This document shows, piece by piece, positions 26,701 to 38,764 of a DNA stretch of 64,000 nucleotides. This stretch comes from Tubiluchus corallicola (Eukaryota > Animalia > Priapulida). Each line of letters opens with the position of its first letter. Within the stretch, counting starts at the first letter, position 1. The notes beneath the pieces were generated by a model. It was not told the DNA's origin. It saw only the letters and a list, made by a program, of their open reading frames with translations, and did no database searches. Location: positions 478,907 to 542,906 of the forward strand of contig JAQGDQ010000025.1 of the NCBI GenBank assembly GCA_030141605.1. The letters run 5' to 3'. A program made the translations under genes and the position numbers.

Positions 26701-29700
26701 ACATAAAAAATACTAAACAAAGCAAAAATAATCACGACATTGAACCTATATGTTATTTTCTATTTATATACGCAAAATATTTGTTTTGAGCTTGCAGTAG
26801 AATCTTTCTAATATCAACAATAATCAAAAACACTGACTAAGACAACTAGTTGGTCAAGGCTATTTTCTCTCACTGCCAATCACTGAGCAAATCCCAAACT
26901 CCAAATTGCAATTTCCATGTATCAAAAATCACGCCTTACCTGAAGACAACTGACGAGTCAGTTCCGATACCGATAAATCCTTCGGTGAAAGATTTAAATC
27001 AATCGGCGATCCCTCTGGTGAAGGAGGTGATGGTACTGGGGAAATACTAAATGGATCCTCCACCTTACCCGACACTAAAATAAACAATATTAAAAGAACA
27101 AGGCGCTTGTTAGTTGGGAAATTAAAACAAGAAAGTGTTTTTTAATAAATGATATTTTTGAGCGAGTTCGAACTATGCTTGTTTGCGAGCATAAGTGAAC
27201 AAACTTTACCTTTGCTTAGTGAATTACTTATAAAGCAAAAATGCAAAAAGATTAACAAAGAAAAGGTGGATAAATTCTATTTATTCAAGTTTACGAGAAT
27301 CTGAAGAACAAAGAATAACCATTTGCTAAAAAGCTTAGAAAATTACAATTTCTACAACATTTTATGAGTGCAGAAGAAATATAAATGGCAACTTCAACAG
27401 AGTTATCCTGTGAATTTTAACTTGTGGAACGTTTGTTCTTCAGAGAAATCTAAACTTCATTCATATTAAAAGGAATTTTGTCCGACTTGTCCAAGATTCA
27501 TTTTAATTCAGAAAAACTTCAACTTTAATAAATTTATGTGCTATTAAAAAATTTTGATTTTTGAAACTGAACAAATTTTTCACTTAGGAAAACTGGCCTA
27601 ATATCATATTTTTAACATACAATGTAATGTATACTGTGAACAATTACTAAGAGCTCATAATAGTTATCTCAAGAAATAGCAATAATTTACCTAACACAGG
27701 CACTTGCTTAGGTGACAGCGGTATTGTTGGTACTGAAGGTGCAGGAGCATTCACAGTGACTGACTGAAAGGATGATGTTCGTACAGGCTTTGCAGCTAAG
27801 AAGCAACAGTATTTTTTAATTTAAAGAGCATTTTAATTACATTACAATACTTGATACAAATGCCATTACAAAAAGGTGCACCATGACGAAAGCATGTGTA
27901 GCGCAGCGGTTTAATTATTTTGCTTCCTACAGCACTTGTTGCCAGTTTCAAAAAGTCCTTAATAAAGTCGCTAATCACAATAGTAAGGTTTTATAAGAAG
28001 TCCAGTCTATGGACAAAATATTTGATCTGACTATATTAGCAGTACACATACACACTTTTAGAATGATATCATGCCTAAATGGCTTAATAATTACACACAC
28101 TGAAAATTTGTATACTTCAAACCAGAGCCTTGTGCTTTCAGGATGCATGCTCTACCAATTGAGCCACTGACTCAACATAGCAAATCTGGCAAACAAATCT
28201 GACCTAAGATCTCATTCTAGCTAGACACATTCATTCAGAGCTACCTATCCTGTACTAGTGATATATCAATAACTAGTGAGGCATTGACTTTTGTGGCGTC
28301 GATGCTGTTACTTTGTTAAAGTGAATTCATCATAATTATGGGCATCAATGTGAATGAACGCTGGTGTGAATATGCAAACTGTCATGACTCAAGGTGAAGT
28401 TTTAAGTACTTCACGTCATGATCAAATGATTGTGTGAACTCCGTATTAGAAGGGACGTGACAGTTGTGCAAGAGCTGATGACATGTGCACAGAAATGAAA
28501 ATGAAAACTAAATAGCAACAAAAGAGAAAAATGAAGCAAATTCCAAAATCTATTACATACCTGATACTGATCCAACGTTTTCTTCTGTATCATCTAATTC
28601 CATATCTTCATCAACTCTTACAGCACCGTACAGATCATCAGTTGTTGGCGTGTTACCCGGGGAGGGGGCATCGGCACTGGGAGATGGTACTGGACTACTT
28701 GGATCTGGTAAAGTCTTCGTAAGTTCCACCAATTTTCTTTTTAGGTGAAGAACTCTGGTGCCAAAATTTTTGTAAGCCTACAAAATTATTGTGCCAAGAG
28801 TCATTCCATGTTCAAAAAAAGCAATTCAAAAATTAAAGCTGGTTATATTTATCTTTGCTTAAGTGAAGTTTTTACAAGGTGAATAAATTGTATGAATTAG
28901 GTGAAATGCTGGCTATGTAGTTATGAATCCTAGCTCAGTCTGCGAGCTGTAATATGACATTTAATATGTGGTACATGGGAGATATATGGCCCATGTGGCA
29001 GTTTTCAATTTTGCTGTCTGCATCTCCCAACATAAGCTTAAACAATACATATATAAAAATAAAAGTATAAGCTAAATAAGTGTAAAGTATAAGTTTGTGA
29101 AACAGATTTAATATTAATGTTTTTGTACAGCAACAAATTTTAAATAGACAGACTTCAATAACTTAATCTTCACGAAGCTTTGCACCAATTCATTAAGTAC
29201 ACAGATTAATTTATTTGATAGTACATGAAGGGCTCTAGTGTCACCTAAGTCAGCAGAATTTCTTCTGTCGAAAATAATTAAACATAGATGCATTTGAACA
29301 GTTACTTATTAATTTTGACATTCAATTCAATTCACTAATTGGTAACTAGTTACAAAAGGGAGGATGCACAATGAAAAATTGGCCACCAATAACAGCTTCA
29401 GCAATACTACACCTTAATATTTTACTTATATAAGAGTGTTAGTTATGCAAAACTAGCAATAATATCACACATCAATGTGAATTACTGGTGAAGCTGTTTT
29501 AGGTAGCCAGATGAAAAATCAGCTTAATAATAAAACTTCATTTGTAAACATAACAAGTATAAATAAAGCAAAAAACGAATGAATAGGAGACTTACATTTG
29601 CTACAATTTTTGCTTCACTAAGCTGCGTGTCATAGAAAATGTGACCTTGCTCTAGCAACTCGATCATTTGTGTTTGATGAGCAATTTGTTTCTCTAATAG

Positions 29701-32700
29701 AGTCATGTATACTGACAATTTCTTTCCTGTGTCTTCAAACTCTTGTATAAATGTTTTTCCTTCACTGCGATCTAAAATATCAGATTTTAGTTAAACAAAC
29801 GCGCATAATTAAGGTTGTGCCAATTTGATAAAATTTATACTGAATATATTGCACGAATAAAAAACACACTAAAATAGAAATAGATAATAACAGGTCAGAA
29901 ATGCATAAAAAAGCACTTTATTTTCAAACTCACTAATCCTCACAGTCACCCAAAACGAATGTAATTTTGCAACTTTTAGTTGAAAGAAGTTTAATGAAAA
30001 ACTAGCCATTATCTATGAAAAACCACTGAACCAATGAACTACAAAGAGACTGGTACTTTGATTAATTCTAGACACTTAAGAAGTCCAATGCTGAATGTTT
30101 CCATGCAGCTGCAAAATATGGGAGAGTGGTCTATAGAACAAGAAAAAGTCTGACTGATTGACAAAGTTTAAAACAGAGGATGACAGATCATTACATCATT
30201 TAGATCATTACATTAGTGAAGTTTATTGTTCTTGGGACAATAAAGGCTTAATGTAAACTTCAAGATAAGGTAACCATGGAGCAATGAACACTGGGTTATT
30301 TGAATCCACAAAAGAATGTGGAAAGGTTAAATAGCCGGAAAAATTCATTTCGAGAAAGTTAATTACCTTTTAATTCCTTCAGAATTTCGTCATGAGTTGC
30401 ATCTATGCGCAGTGTTGCCAGCTGCTTCCTCTTCAGCTCTTCTTCAGCTTCCATTCGATGGTACAATGCCAGGGATTCAATCAGCTGCTTGGGCTACAAA
30501 ATAATCAAAGTAAAGCACTTAGCACTGTACAATCAATGATTTAATTTGTATAACAAACTCAAGATCATCCAGAGTAAATGATGTCAATAGTTGTGTTTTA
30601 TATACGCGTGTATGCTGGTAATCGATATTTTCCCAAAAAACATGCATCTACAAGGCCAGTGTAAAACTTTCCATGGAATCCGATAAACGGCAGCACCTGC
30701 ACAACATTGGCAATTTCCACGTTCTGATCGAGTGCTCCGTCGCTAATTTATTTACCGGTAATATGTAAATTTTAACTTATTTCACATACCAGTACGTTAA
30801 AATAAATTACAGTAATATTTGTTAATTTTGTGAAGTAAAGTCAAGGTGCGAACATTCTCTGATGTGAAGTATCACAGTATGAGTGTTTGTTCAGTCCTGT
30901 GTATAATGAAGGATCATTTCTTTACATATTCGTATTGTAGACGACTCTTTAGCGACATCTCCCAAAAACATATCGTAAGTATAAGTCGACCCCAAAAATT
31001 TCACCTTAAGATTGCTTCCCAAAAATTCGACTTGTACATAAGTATATACGGTATATTGTAAGTACAATAACAGAAAAACATCCAACTTGAATCAATTACT
31101 CACTTTTTTGTATACAAGCTTGTTATTTTAAATGTAATGCAACCAACATCACCACAGACAAGTCTACAGTTTTATGCTTTAGAATGCATGTACATGTAAA
31201 GATGAAGTTATATTATTGCATATTCCTCAACCAGCTGTTTACAGTAATTTTACACTTTACAGAAAAGCAAATTACCTGAAATTCTGCAAGAATCTTTGGA
31301 TTGACAGCTGGCATAGCAGCTTTTTTCACTGCAAATAGAAAAACGATATCATTTTTATCAATGTGCAAAGAAAATAAACATATAATATTAATTAATTAGT
31401 TAGATGACTATGATTGCCATTCAATATTAACCTTAGCCTTATTTTATCAAATACTTTGTCATTCAACAGTTTAACCTGATTAACAGAAATTTTAGTCCAT
31501 GAAAGGAGCAGCTTTTCTTACAAATGACTGTTAATGGTGAAGTGGAACTTACACAATATTCCTCGCATCTCTTGCACAGCATCACCATCAACAACGTTTC
31601 TCTCGTCCCAGATGCGCAGAATCCTTTCTATTTTAGGTCTTAAAGAAGCATCTCTATAAATAATTATGTAAATATATCACAAATTGTCTCCCAAGACTTT
31701 AGATAGTATGAAAACGATGAAATGAATCATTAGTCCTAGGCTGAATACTGCACAATCTAAGTAATTGAAAAAATGCCCTCTCTGGCAATTACCTGATCTT
31801 GACATGTATAATAATTTTAATTCTGAGATATTTACACAACAATAAGTTCAGCTTTAATACACAAACAAGAAAAAAAGGATAGAGGTGCGAGTCAGTAAAA
31901 TAGTACTCCAAGCATTAAAGGTTTACTACTAAACTCAGCAGATTGTCTTTTTCAATTCACTGTTGATTATTACACTAATCTTCACAAAATAATGGGAGCT
32001 GTCATTTGCTGAAGTTTCTCAGCCAAAAATTCTGTAAAACTCTACTTCTAAGTCAGGTTCACAGACATATTTGTTAATCATGTTTTCTATTGATTTTAAA
32101 GGTACAAGACCAATCAAAGTGACAACATACCTGACGAATACGATTGCGTCTTTGATCACAGGTATAAACGCTGCTTTGAATTGCGGAGCTTTCTTCTTTT
32201 TACAGTTTTGTATAACATCGTTAGCAACGTAGAAAAGAGTGAGTCTGTGTTGAAGTTTTGCTACGATAGGAATGAATGAAAAACAACAATGTTGTCAGCG
32301 TTAGTTCTAATAAGTTAAGCATCACGAACAGCCAAATAAACAGGTAATGATAACATTAATTCTTTTTAATATTTTAAAAAAAATGACCACTAATTTAAAT
32401 TTTTGTCAGAAATGATGAAATGCTTGTTAATAGATAACCACCAGTACTTTGTCAAATAAGCTAACATTGGTGATCGACCTATCAGTCGCACGTGATCCAC
32501 AAGTGATTACCACAGCCTATTTACTAAGGTACCAACTCACAGTAGCAAAGTCAAAAATGCATAATGTACTGATGCTTTAAAACAAAAGCTCTTAAAAAGT
32601 TTAAATACTCCACATATAAACTTTAAAAATGGAATAAAACTAACGGAAAGTAGAATTTAGGAAAAAGGAAAATTTGTTTTTAATGAGCAAATAGGATAAA

Positions 32701-33207
32701 TTTTCAAGTCAGATAATTTTCATCAAATAGCAAAACCTGTTCTGGGTTCAGTGGGCAAGTGGTATAAACTGCAGATTTAAGATATACTTAGTGGCTGCAG
32801 TCTTGGGTTCAAGAACAACGGGCCAGGGCCTATACTCTACATGTTATTCATTATTTGCGTGTTGAACCTTTATCCGCATCACTGTTAAATATAAGTTGTT
32901 AATGTTGTCTGGTAAATGAGACAGCACACACACATTGTTTCTGTCTTTTTTCCTTTCAATCAGTTATCAACTTCATAGCTTTTATTATTTCAAGATCACA
33001 ATTAACTATAAGACTAGCCTTGTAGCTCAACAAATAGCTGTAATATAACTCACCCTTTTTCAGGACTTTAAGCCAAATATTAGGAATTTGCTCGGAATTG
33101 CCCCTGTGATGAAGAATCCATAAAGAAAGTGTTTGTACGCTATCTTGCGTGTTTGTAACGCTCATCAATTTCTTAACTAAACTGTCCTCATTTAGCTTCT
33201 TTGCCAT
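23749..33207 (-). CDS. RPRD2: Regulation of nuclear pre-mRNA domain-containing protein 2-like (CID domain, coiled coil, Pro-rich tail), multi-exon
   Basis: Exons 33054-33207 (..VTNTQDSVQTLSLWILHH..), 32131-32260 (HRLTLFYVANDVIQNCKKK), 31553-31653 (IERILRIWDERNV), 31276-31328, 30367-30493, 29596-29771, 28561-28777 (AYKNFGTRVLHLKRKL..LPDPSSPVPSPSADAPSP, characteristic of RPRD2), 27691-27795, 26940-27074, 25335-25423, 23749-25170 (the 468-aa Pro-rich ORF). Splice phases are consistent where translated. Probable non-coding first exon ~34117-34260. Confidence 0.92.
30595..31051. mobile_element. Degenerate pogo/Tigger-like MITE
   Basis: Right end CGACTTGTACATAAGTATATACGG|TA with internal ATAAGTCGAC; left end only weakly matches (TATATACGCGTGTAT). 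Confidence 0.5.
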
Positions 33208-34244
33208 GTTGCATTAGCCTGCTGATGCCGTAAAAAACAAATAAGAAAATTAAGCTGCTTCTTTTAGTTTGGGGGTTGTGGACAGATGGAATGTTCAATC
33301 TGACAGAAAATGTGGTTTCTGCAATATTCAAAGCTTCTTTTGAAAGCAAAGCAAATGACATTAGGTAATACAGAACGATACAAGTACAGGTCTTCTCATG
33401 CTGAAATTCATCTATAGAATTTCTTACTGGAAGAAGTCATAGGCCTAGAAACAATTCAAAAATGTACTAGACAAATATTTCTGCACTAACGGTCTCCTAT
33501 ATTAATATCTTTGAGGTTGATTGGTGGCAGAGCACGTTATTGTAAATATCTATCCAAGAAGAGCATAATGAATTGCCGATTATTTATGTGAGGAAAACTG
33601 CCTTGTTATACACAAATATCACAACGTGCTCACCATTACGGTAAGCACATACGATACGTGGGAGAACTACCGATGCTGCATCAAAGCTGTGCCAACAAAT
33701 TAGGATTTTAATGTGTTAGATAGTTATGATTGGTCAACAGGCAGAGATATGGCTAACCCAAGACTGAATGAATATGATGTTATGTTAACTGGCTGTTTTG
33801 TTAGGCACTGCACCTAACACAGTCCATTACTAGGCATTAGTATGATTTTTAAATTTTTACTAAATTTTAGTGTCATTTGATATCCTGTATTGTAAGTACT
33901 ACTGCCAGTACCGGTTTCAAGTACCGAAGTAAGTAAAAAGTACAATAAATTACTTTTATCAAGTCTTATTAGTCTTTTCTGCTTAATGAAATAGACAACA
34001 TTAATATTATTAACATGTTTCTGAGAATTCCGGATGAAAGACTTGTGTCAACATATTTTTTCAAGACAGACAGTTCTATCCAAGACAAACCATAATTTAA
34101 TAACCAAAAATCTTACCTTTGCTAACAAACATTTGTCTACTCACTTTTGCATGTATAAACTGTGACAGATTTTCACAAACTATCTAACTGGAAAATGTTT
34201 AACTTTCAGGTGCGCGTAAGGGTGCAAATTTCTGCATTCTGGTC

Positions 34245-34255
34245 GCGGCCATTTT
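34245..34255 (-). promoter_or_regulatory. YY1-like motif near the RPRD2-like transcription start
   Basis: Minus strand AAAATGGCCGC in a local CpG-rich patch, upstream of a strong donor AAG|GTAAGA at 34117/34116. Confidence 0.55.
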
Positions 34256-34331
34256 GTAATTTAGAAAATTAGGTGTTTTTCTTACGACTAGAGCGCCAAA
34301 AACGGTGAGTAGCTGAGTGCATACTGCATAG

Positions 34332-34691
34332 TAGGGGTGAATAGTCTCTACTACAAATCGAATCGAATTTGTGACTTTCTGACTCGAATCGAACCGAAAT
34401 TCAGTATTTCGAATTCCAATTGAGATCGAAAGATTTTCGAACCACCTGTAAAATGAGTCTTATGAAAATGATACATGTTACTCGATTTTGTTCTGCAGTA
34501 AAACCACTAATAATTTGTTTAAAATTGTGCACAGAATTCATAGCTAAATTATGGTAACTGCATGATGTTTCAGTCGTTTTAATGATAAAGAACGTATATG
34601 ATTGAAGTGCTAATTATTCGAATCTATAGTTTTAAGTTCGAATCAAATTCGAACTAAAAAAACTCGTTCGAATCGAATTCGAACGTTCCTA
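34332..34691. mobile_element. hAT-type MITE with subterminal AATCG/TTCGA repeats
   Basis: TAGG...CCTA termini, many AATCGAA/TTCGAA subterminal motifs at both ends, 8-bp TSD CTGCATAG / CTGCGTAG (7/8). Confidence 0.8.
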
Positions 34692-35120
34692 CTGCGTAGT
34701 GCATACTATTTGTTCAATATTGTCAACAATTTACCAAAGTGTTAGGCTCTATAATGTGAAAGTGGTGATAATGATCTTTTAATTACTTTTAGTTTAGATT
34801 TTAATACAATGCGCTACACTAAATTGCACAAAATAGTCTATTATAACATTAAAGGAAAGGACAACACTAGTGACGTGTTCGGTTTAATTTAATGTTGTAG
34901 CTAAAAAAATTGAAATTTGTACTACCAAAAACTTGTCCTCCCTTTAATGTAGATAACGAGCATTCACACAACTTCTCTGCGTCATCCCAAGTGCCCAGTC
35001 CTTTTGACCTCACATGAGTATTACTTACTAAGCTACGAAACAATAAAAACAAAAGCAGTAATGACAACAACAACAATAATAGCTCTTCAAACCTAACCCA
35101 ACATTAACTCACCCAAAGAT

Positions 35121-35814
35121 AGTCCGCAGTGGTGACAGAAACATTGGGTGTTCTCTCTTTTTGTGGGATTTCTGTTATTTCAATTGCTAATATTTTGCAT
35201 GTTGACATTGTTGTGATTTTTGTATTTTTTCCGTTCTTACTGCAAAAGTCATTGTAATTAGTTATGGTCATTGCTGTTGTAGTTGTTGCTATGGAATGTA
35301 GATAAAACTGGTACAAGAAAAATGGCACATTAAAAATGGCAAAAGTGTCAAAGTAGGTAAAAATGGCATAGGAAAAAAATGGCACAAATGGAAAAGTAGG
35401 TAAAATGGCACTGGAAAAATGGCACATTTAGTGAAATATATGTTTAGGGTTACGTTACAGTAGGGTAAGTTTAGGGTTGTTCAGCTTTGGCATAGATCTG
35501 CTTCCTACTGAACACATTCCAGTTTTATTGTAGAAATCAACTGTATCATAATAACATTTGTGCCATTTTTCCTACTTTTCCATTTGTACCATTTTTACAT
35601 GGGACATTTTTTCCTATGCCATTTCACCTATATTCCACAACAATGACTGCAAGAGCAATGACCATAACAATATTAACAATGACTTTAGCAACAAGAACTG
35701 ACACAATACAAAAATCACAACAACGTCAACATGCAAAACATCAACAATTGAAATAACAAAAAACATCCCCACAAGAAGAGGAAACGCATGCTGTTTCTGT
35801 CACCACTGTGAACT
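35121..35814. mobile_element. Foldback/long inverted-repeat element with AAAATGGCA subrepeats
   Basis: Left arm ~35121-35430 is an imperfect reverse complement of right arm ~35555-35814 (CAGTGGTGACAGAAACA / TGTTTCTGTCACCACTG; GCATGTTGAC / GTCAACATGC; AAAATGGCAC / GTGCCATTTT); spacer contains TTAGGG-like units. Confidence 0.8.
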
Positions 35815-37042
35815 TTCTTGATATTAGGTGCTTTCCTTTCTTTGAGTTCGATGTTAGTCTTGTGACACTAGACAGATTACAATATTGTTTCTAATGGCAA
35901 CAATAAAACTAAAATAAACATAATCCAGACAGGGGGCTCTCAGTTCCCGAACTTTTTGCTATCTGGAAACTTTTAAAATAAATATGGAAAAAAGCAGTTT
36001 ATATATTTCTAAGCAGATCCTGAAAAGCGGAACAAATTATTGTTCTTATTTAGGTCGGCCAAAGTACAGATTACTCAGAATCAGAACTGTCTTTCCAAAG
36101 AATGACACCACATAGGTAAGCTTTCTAGTATCTGCCAACCAAGCATTATGCAACTATGCTATAGATATTATTAAAAAGTGCAGGTTAAAAACTTTTTTGT
36201 CTCTAATTACATGGAAACTTGACACTTTAATGCACAAACGACTCAAATTCTTTGACATTTATTACTTGTCTATAGCATGCATGATTTTCGACAGCTGAAT
36301 GCATAACTAGCATAGTGTGAGTTTCAAAAGCTGACATAACATGTCTCTCAGACGTATATAATATATAGAATTTAAAGTAATGGAATGTATATGGGTGTTC
36401 TTAGGATGAACTTGGAATTTTATCTGGTCCCTAATCTCTCTAGCCATTTATAACCATTAAATATTTTTCTGTTTTTATCATTCGAGCCCATGCCGACTAC
36501 GTTTCTCTAGTATAGTAAAATGTACTCTGCTCAGTCTCTTGTTCTATGCACGTTCGCTATATACGCAAGATCTAAGAGTGGTGAGAAGAAACAGCACCGC
36601 AATGATTGCGTCGACGCCAATAATTGGCAACCTGTTTAGCGAGGCTAGTGAGAAAGAAACTCAAAATGACTCGACTACCGTTATAATTGTATTTTTGGTT
36701 TGGGATGTCCCTCATTGGGACTTTCACAGTGTGTTCATACGTCATGTTACTTATTTTGCGGTTTGTGTAGAATGCTTAACTGTTGCATAACGCGAGTTTT
36801 CAATGTTTTTTACACTCGATTTGTTAAATTTTGTGATCGTGAAGAGTTTGGAGTTTTATACCTAAAAAGTTAAATGCTGTTTTCCACCGGCCTGTTACCC
36901 TGTTCTCAGCTTAATTTGGCCCCGGTAGGTGTACAAATTACTACAATATAATAGTAATATAACTATGATATATGTTCTATTTTTTGCAGATCTTTGGTTA
37001 GTCACATTTAGCAGGATATTAAATTACTCAGATGACGTCATT

Positions 37043-38687
37043 ATGCAGATTTGGACAATTCTGACATTCATCATTTTCCTTGGATGTGGTTATTACATTG
37101 GTGTCAATTTACGTCGTAACGTATCCTGCCCAAAGAATAATGTACTGCCCAGTGTCAAGCCTGCACCTACGTATGAGAACCTGCCAAGTGAAAAAAGGTT
37201 ACTGTTTGTTGGTGTCATGACAGCAGCCAAATTTCTAGACACTAGGGCAGCAACAGTATATAAAACATGGGGACAGACAATTCCTGGAAAAGTGGCTTTT
37301 TTCTCGAGTGAAACATCTGTGACCTCATTCGACATTCCCGTGGTGGCACTGAAGGGCGTCACCGACACGTACCCTCCCCAGAAGAAGTCGTTTATGATGC
37401 TTAAGTTCATGTATGACAATTATATAGACAAGTTTGAATGGTTTATGCGTGCAGATGACGATGTATACATTCGCGGTGACAAAATGGAGACTTTTCTGCG
37501 GTCCATAAATAGTAGCAAGCCATTGTTCATGGGCCAGTCGGGTCTTGGCAAGAAGGAGGAACTTGGAAAGTTAGGTATGAACATTGCCTCAGATGCCTAA
37601 CATTATCAGTGGGGCCTTTTGACAATTTGTTTTGAAAATTAATAAGAGTAATAGTGATAACATACAATGGCACATTCATTTTAGATTGCACAACTACAGT
37701 TGATACAACTAAATTTGTGCTTGTGATATGTTTATTCATTTGTCATTTATGAAATTCGTAATTAAAAATGGTGATTGTAAACTAGCATTTGCATTCTAAA
37801 GGTGATTAATCTACAATTTGCAACAGCACTAGCAGTGAAGCTGTTTTAACTGAAGACTAACTGGTAGTCAAGAGGAACTAACATATCAAAGCATTTAATA
37901 ACAATTACAGTACCACTTCTTAAAATGAGCTAAAATTATATTTATACAGACATACCTCGTTACCTCGTTATAACCCCCCCCCCCCATTTATAATGCAACC
38001 TTGCTTCATGCCCAAATTTTTATCAGTGTCTCTATTTGCACAGACATGACATGTATTTATTAATGCACCTTGCTATAATGGCAAATTTGCTTAACACCAA
38101 CTTTTTTGCAGTCCCAAAGTAGGCGGTATAAAGAGGTTTGACTGTAGTTAGAATTTGTTGATTTTGTTATTAACATAATTATGGCTGTGTTTTTGGTATT
38201 ACGACTAAGGTTTGGCAGCTGATGAAAATTTCTGCATGGGAGGCCCAGGAATGATATTCAGTAGGGAAACACTAAGACGAATGGCTCCTCACATTCAACA
38301 CTGCCTTACTCATCTTTATTCTTTTCACGAGGATGTGGAAATTGGACGTTGCGTGCGACAGTTTGCCAATGTGTCATGTACTTGGACGTATGAGGTGTGC
38401 ATACATAGTTATCTCTTAGAACATTCTGTTAAAACTAGAATTTGAAACTTGATTCAGGGGTGGGATTCTAATATCTGTATAACTTTGATTAGCTAGTCTA
38501 AATGCAATGGTAAAAGTTCATCTTGTACTCAAAAAAGCTTTCGTCTCTTTTCTGGGTCATATTTGAGTCATGCAGGTTTGACTCTTCATCTAGATGTAAG
38601 GGTTTATTGATTTATGTTTGCTCAGTGATACAAGCTTCAAAGTTTTTCTTTTTTGATCTCAAAGCAAACTTTAAATAATGACTTTTA

Positions 38688-38764
<77 letters not shown>

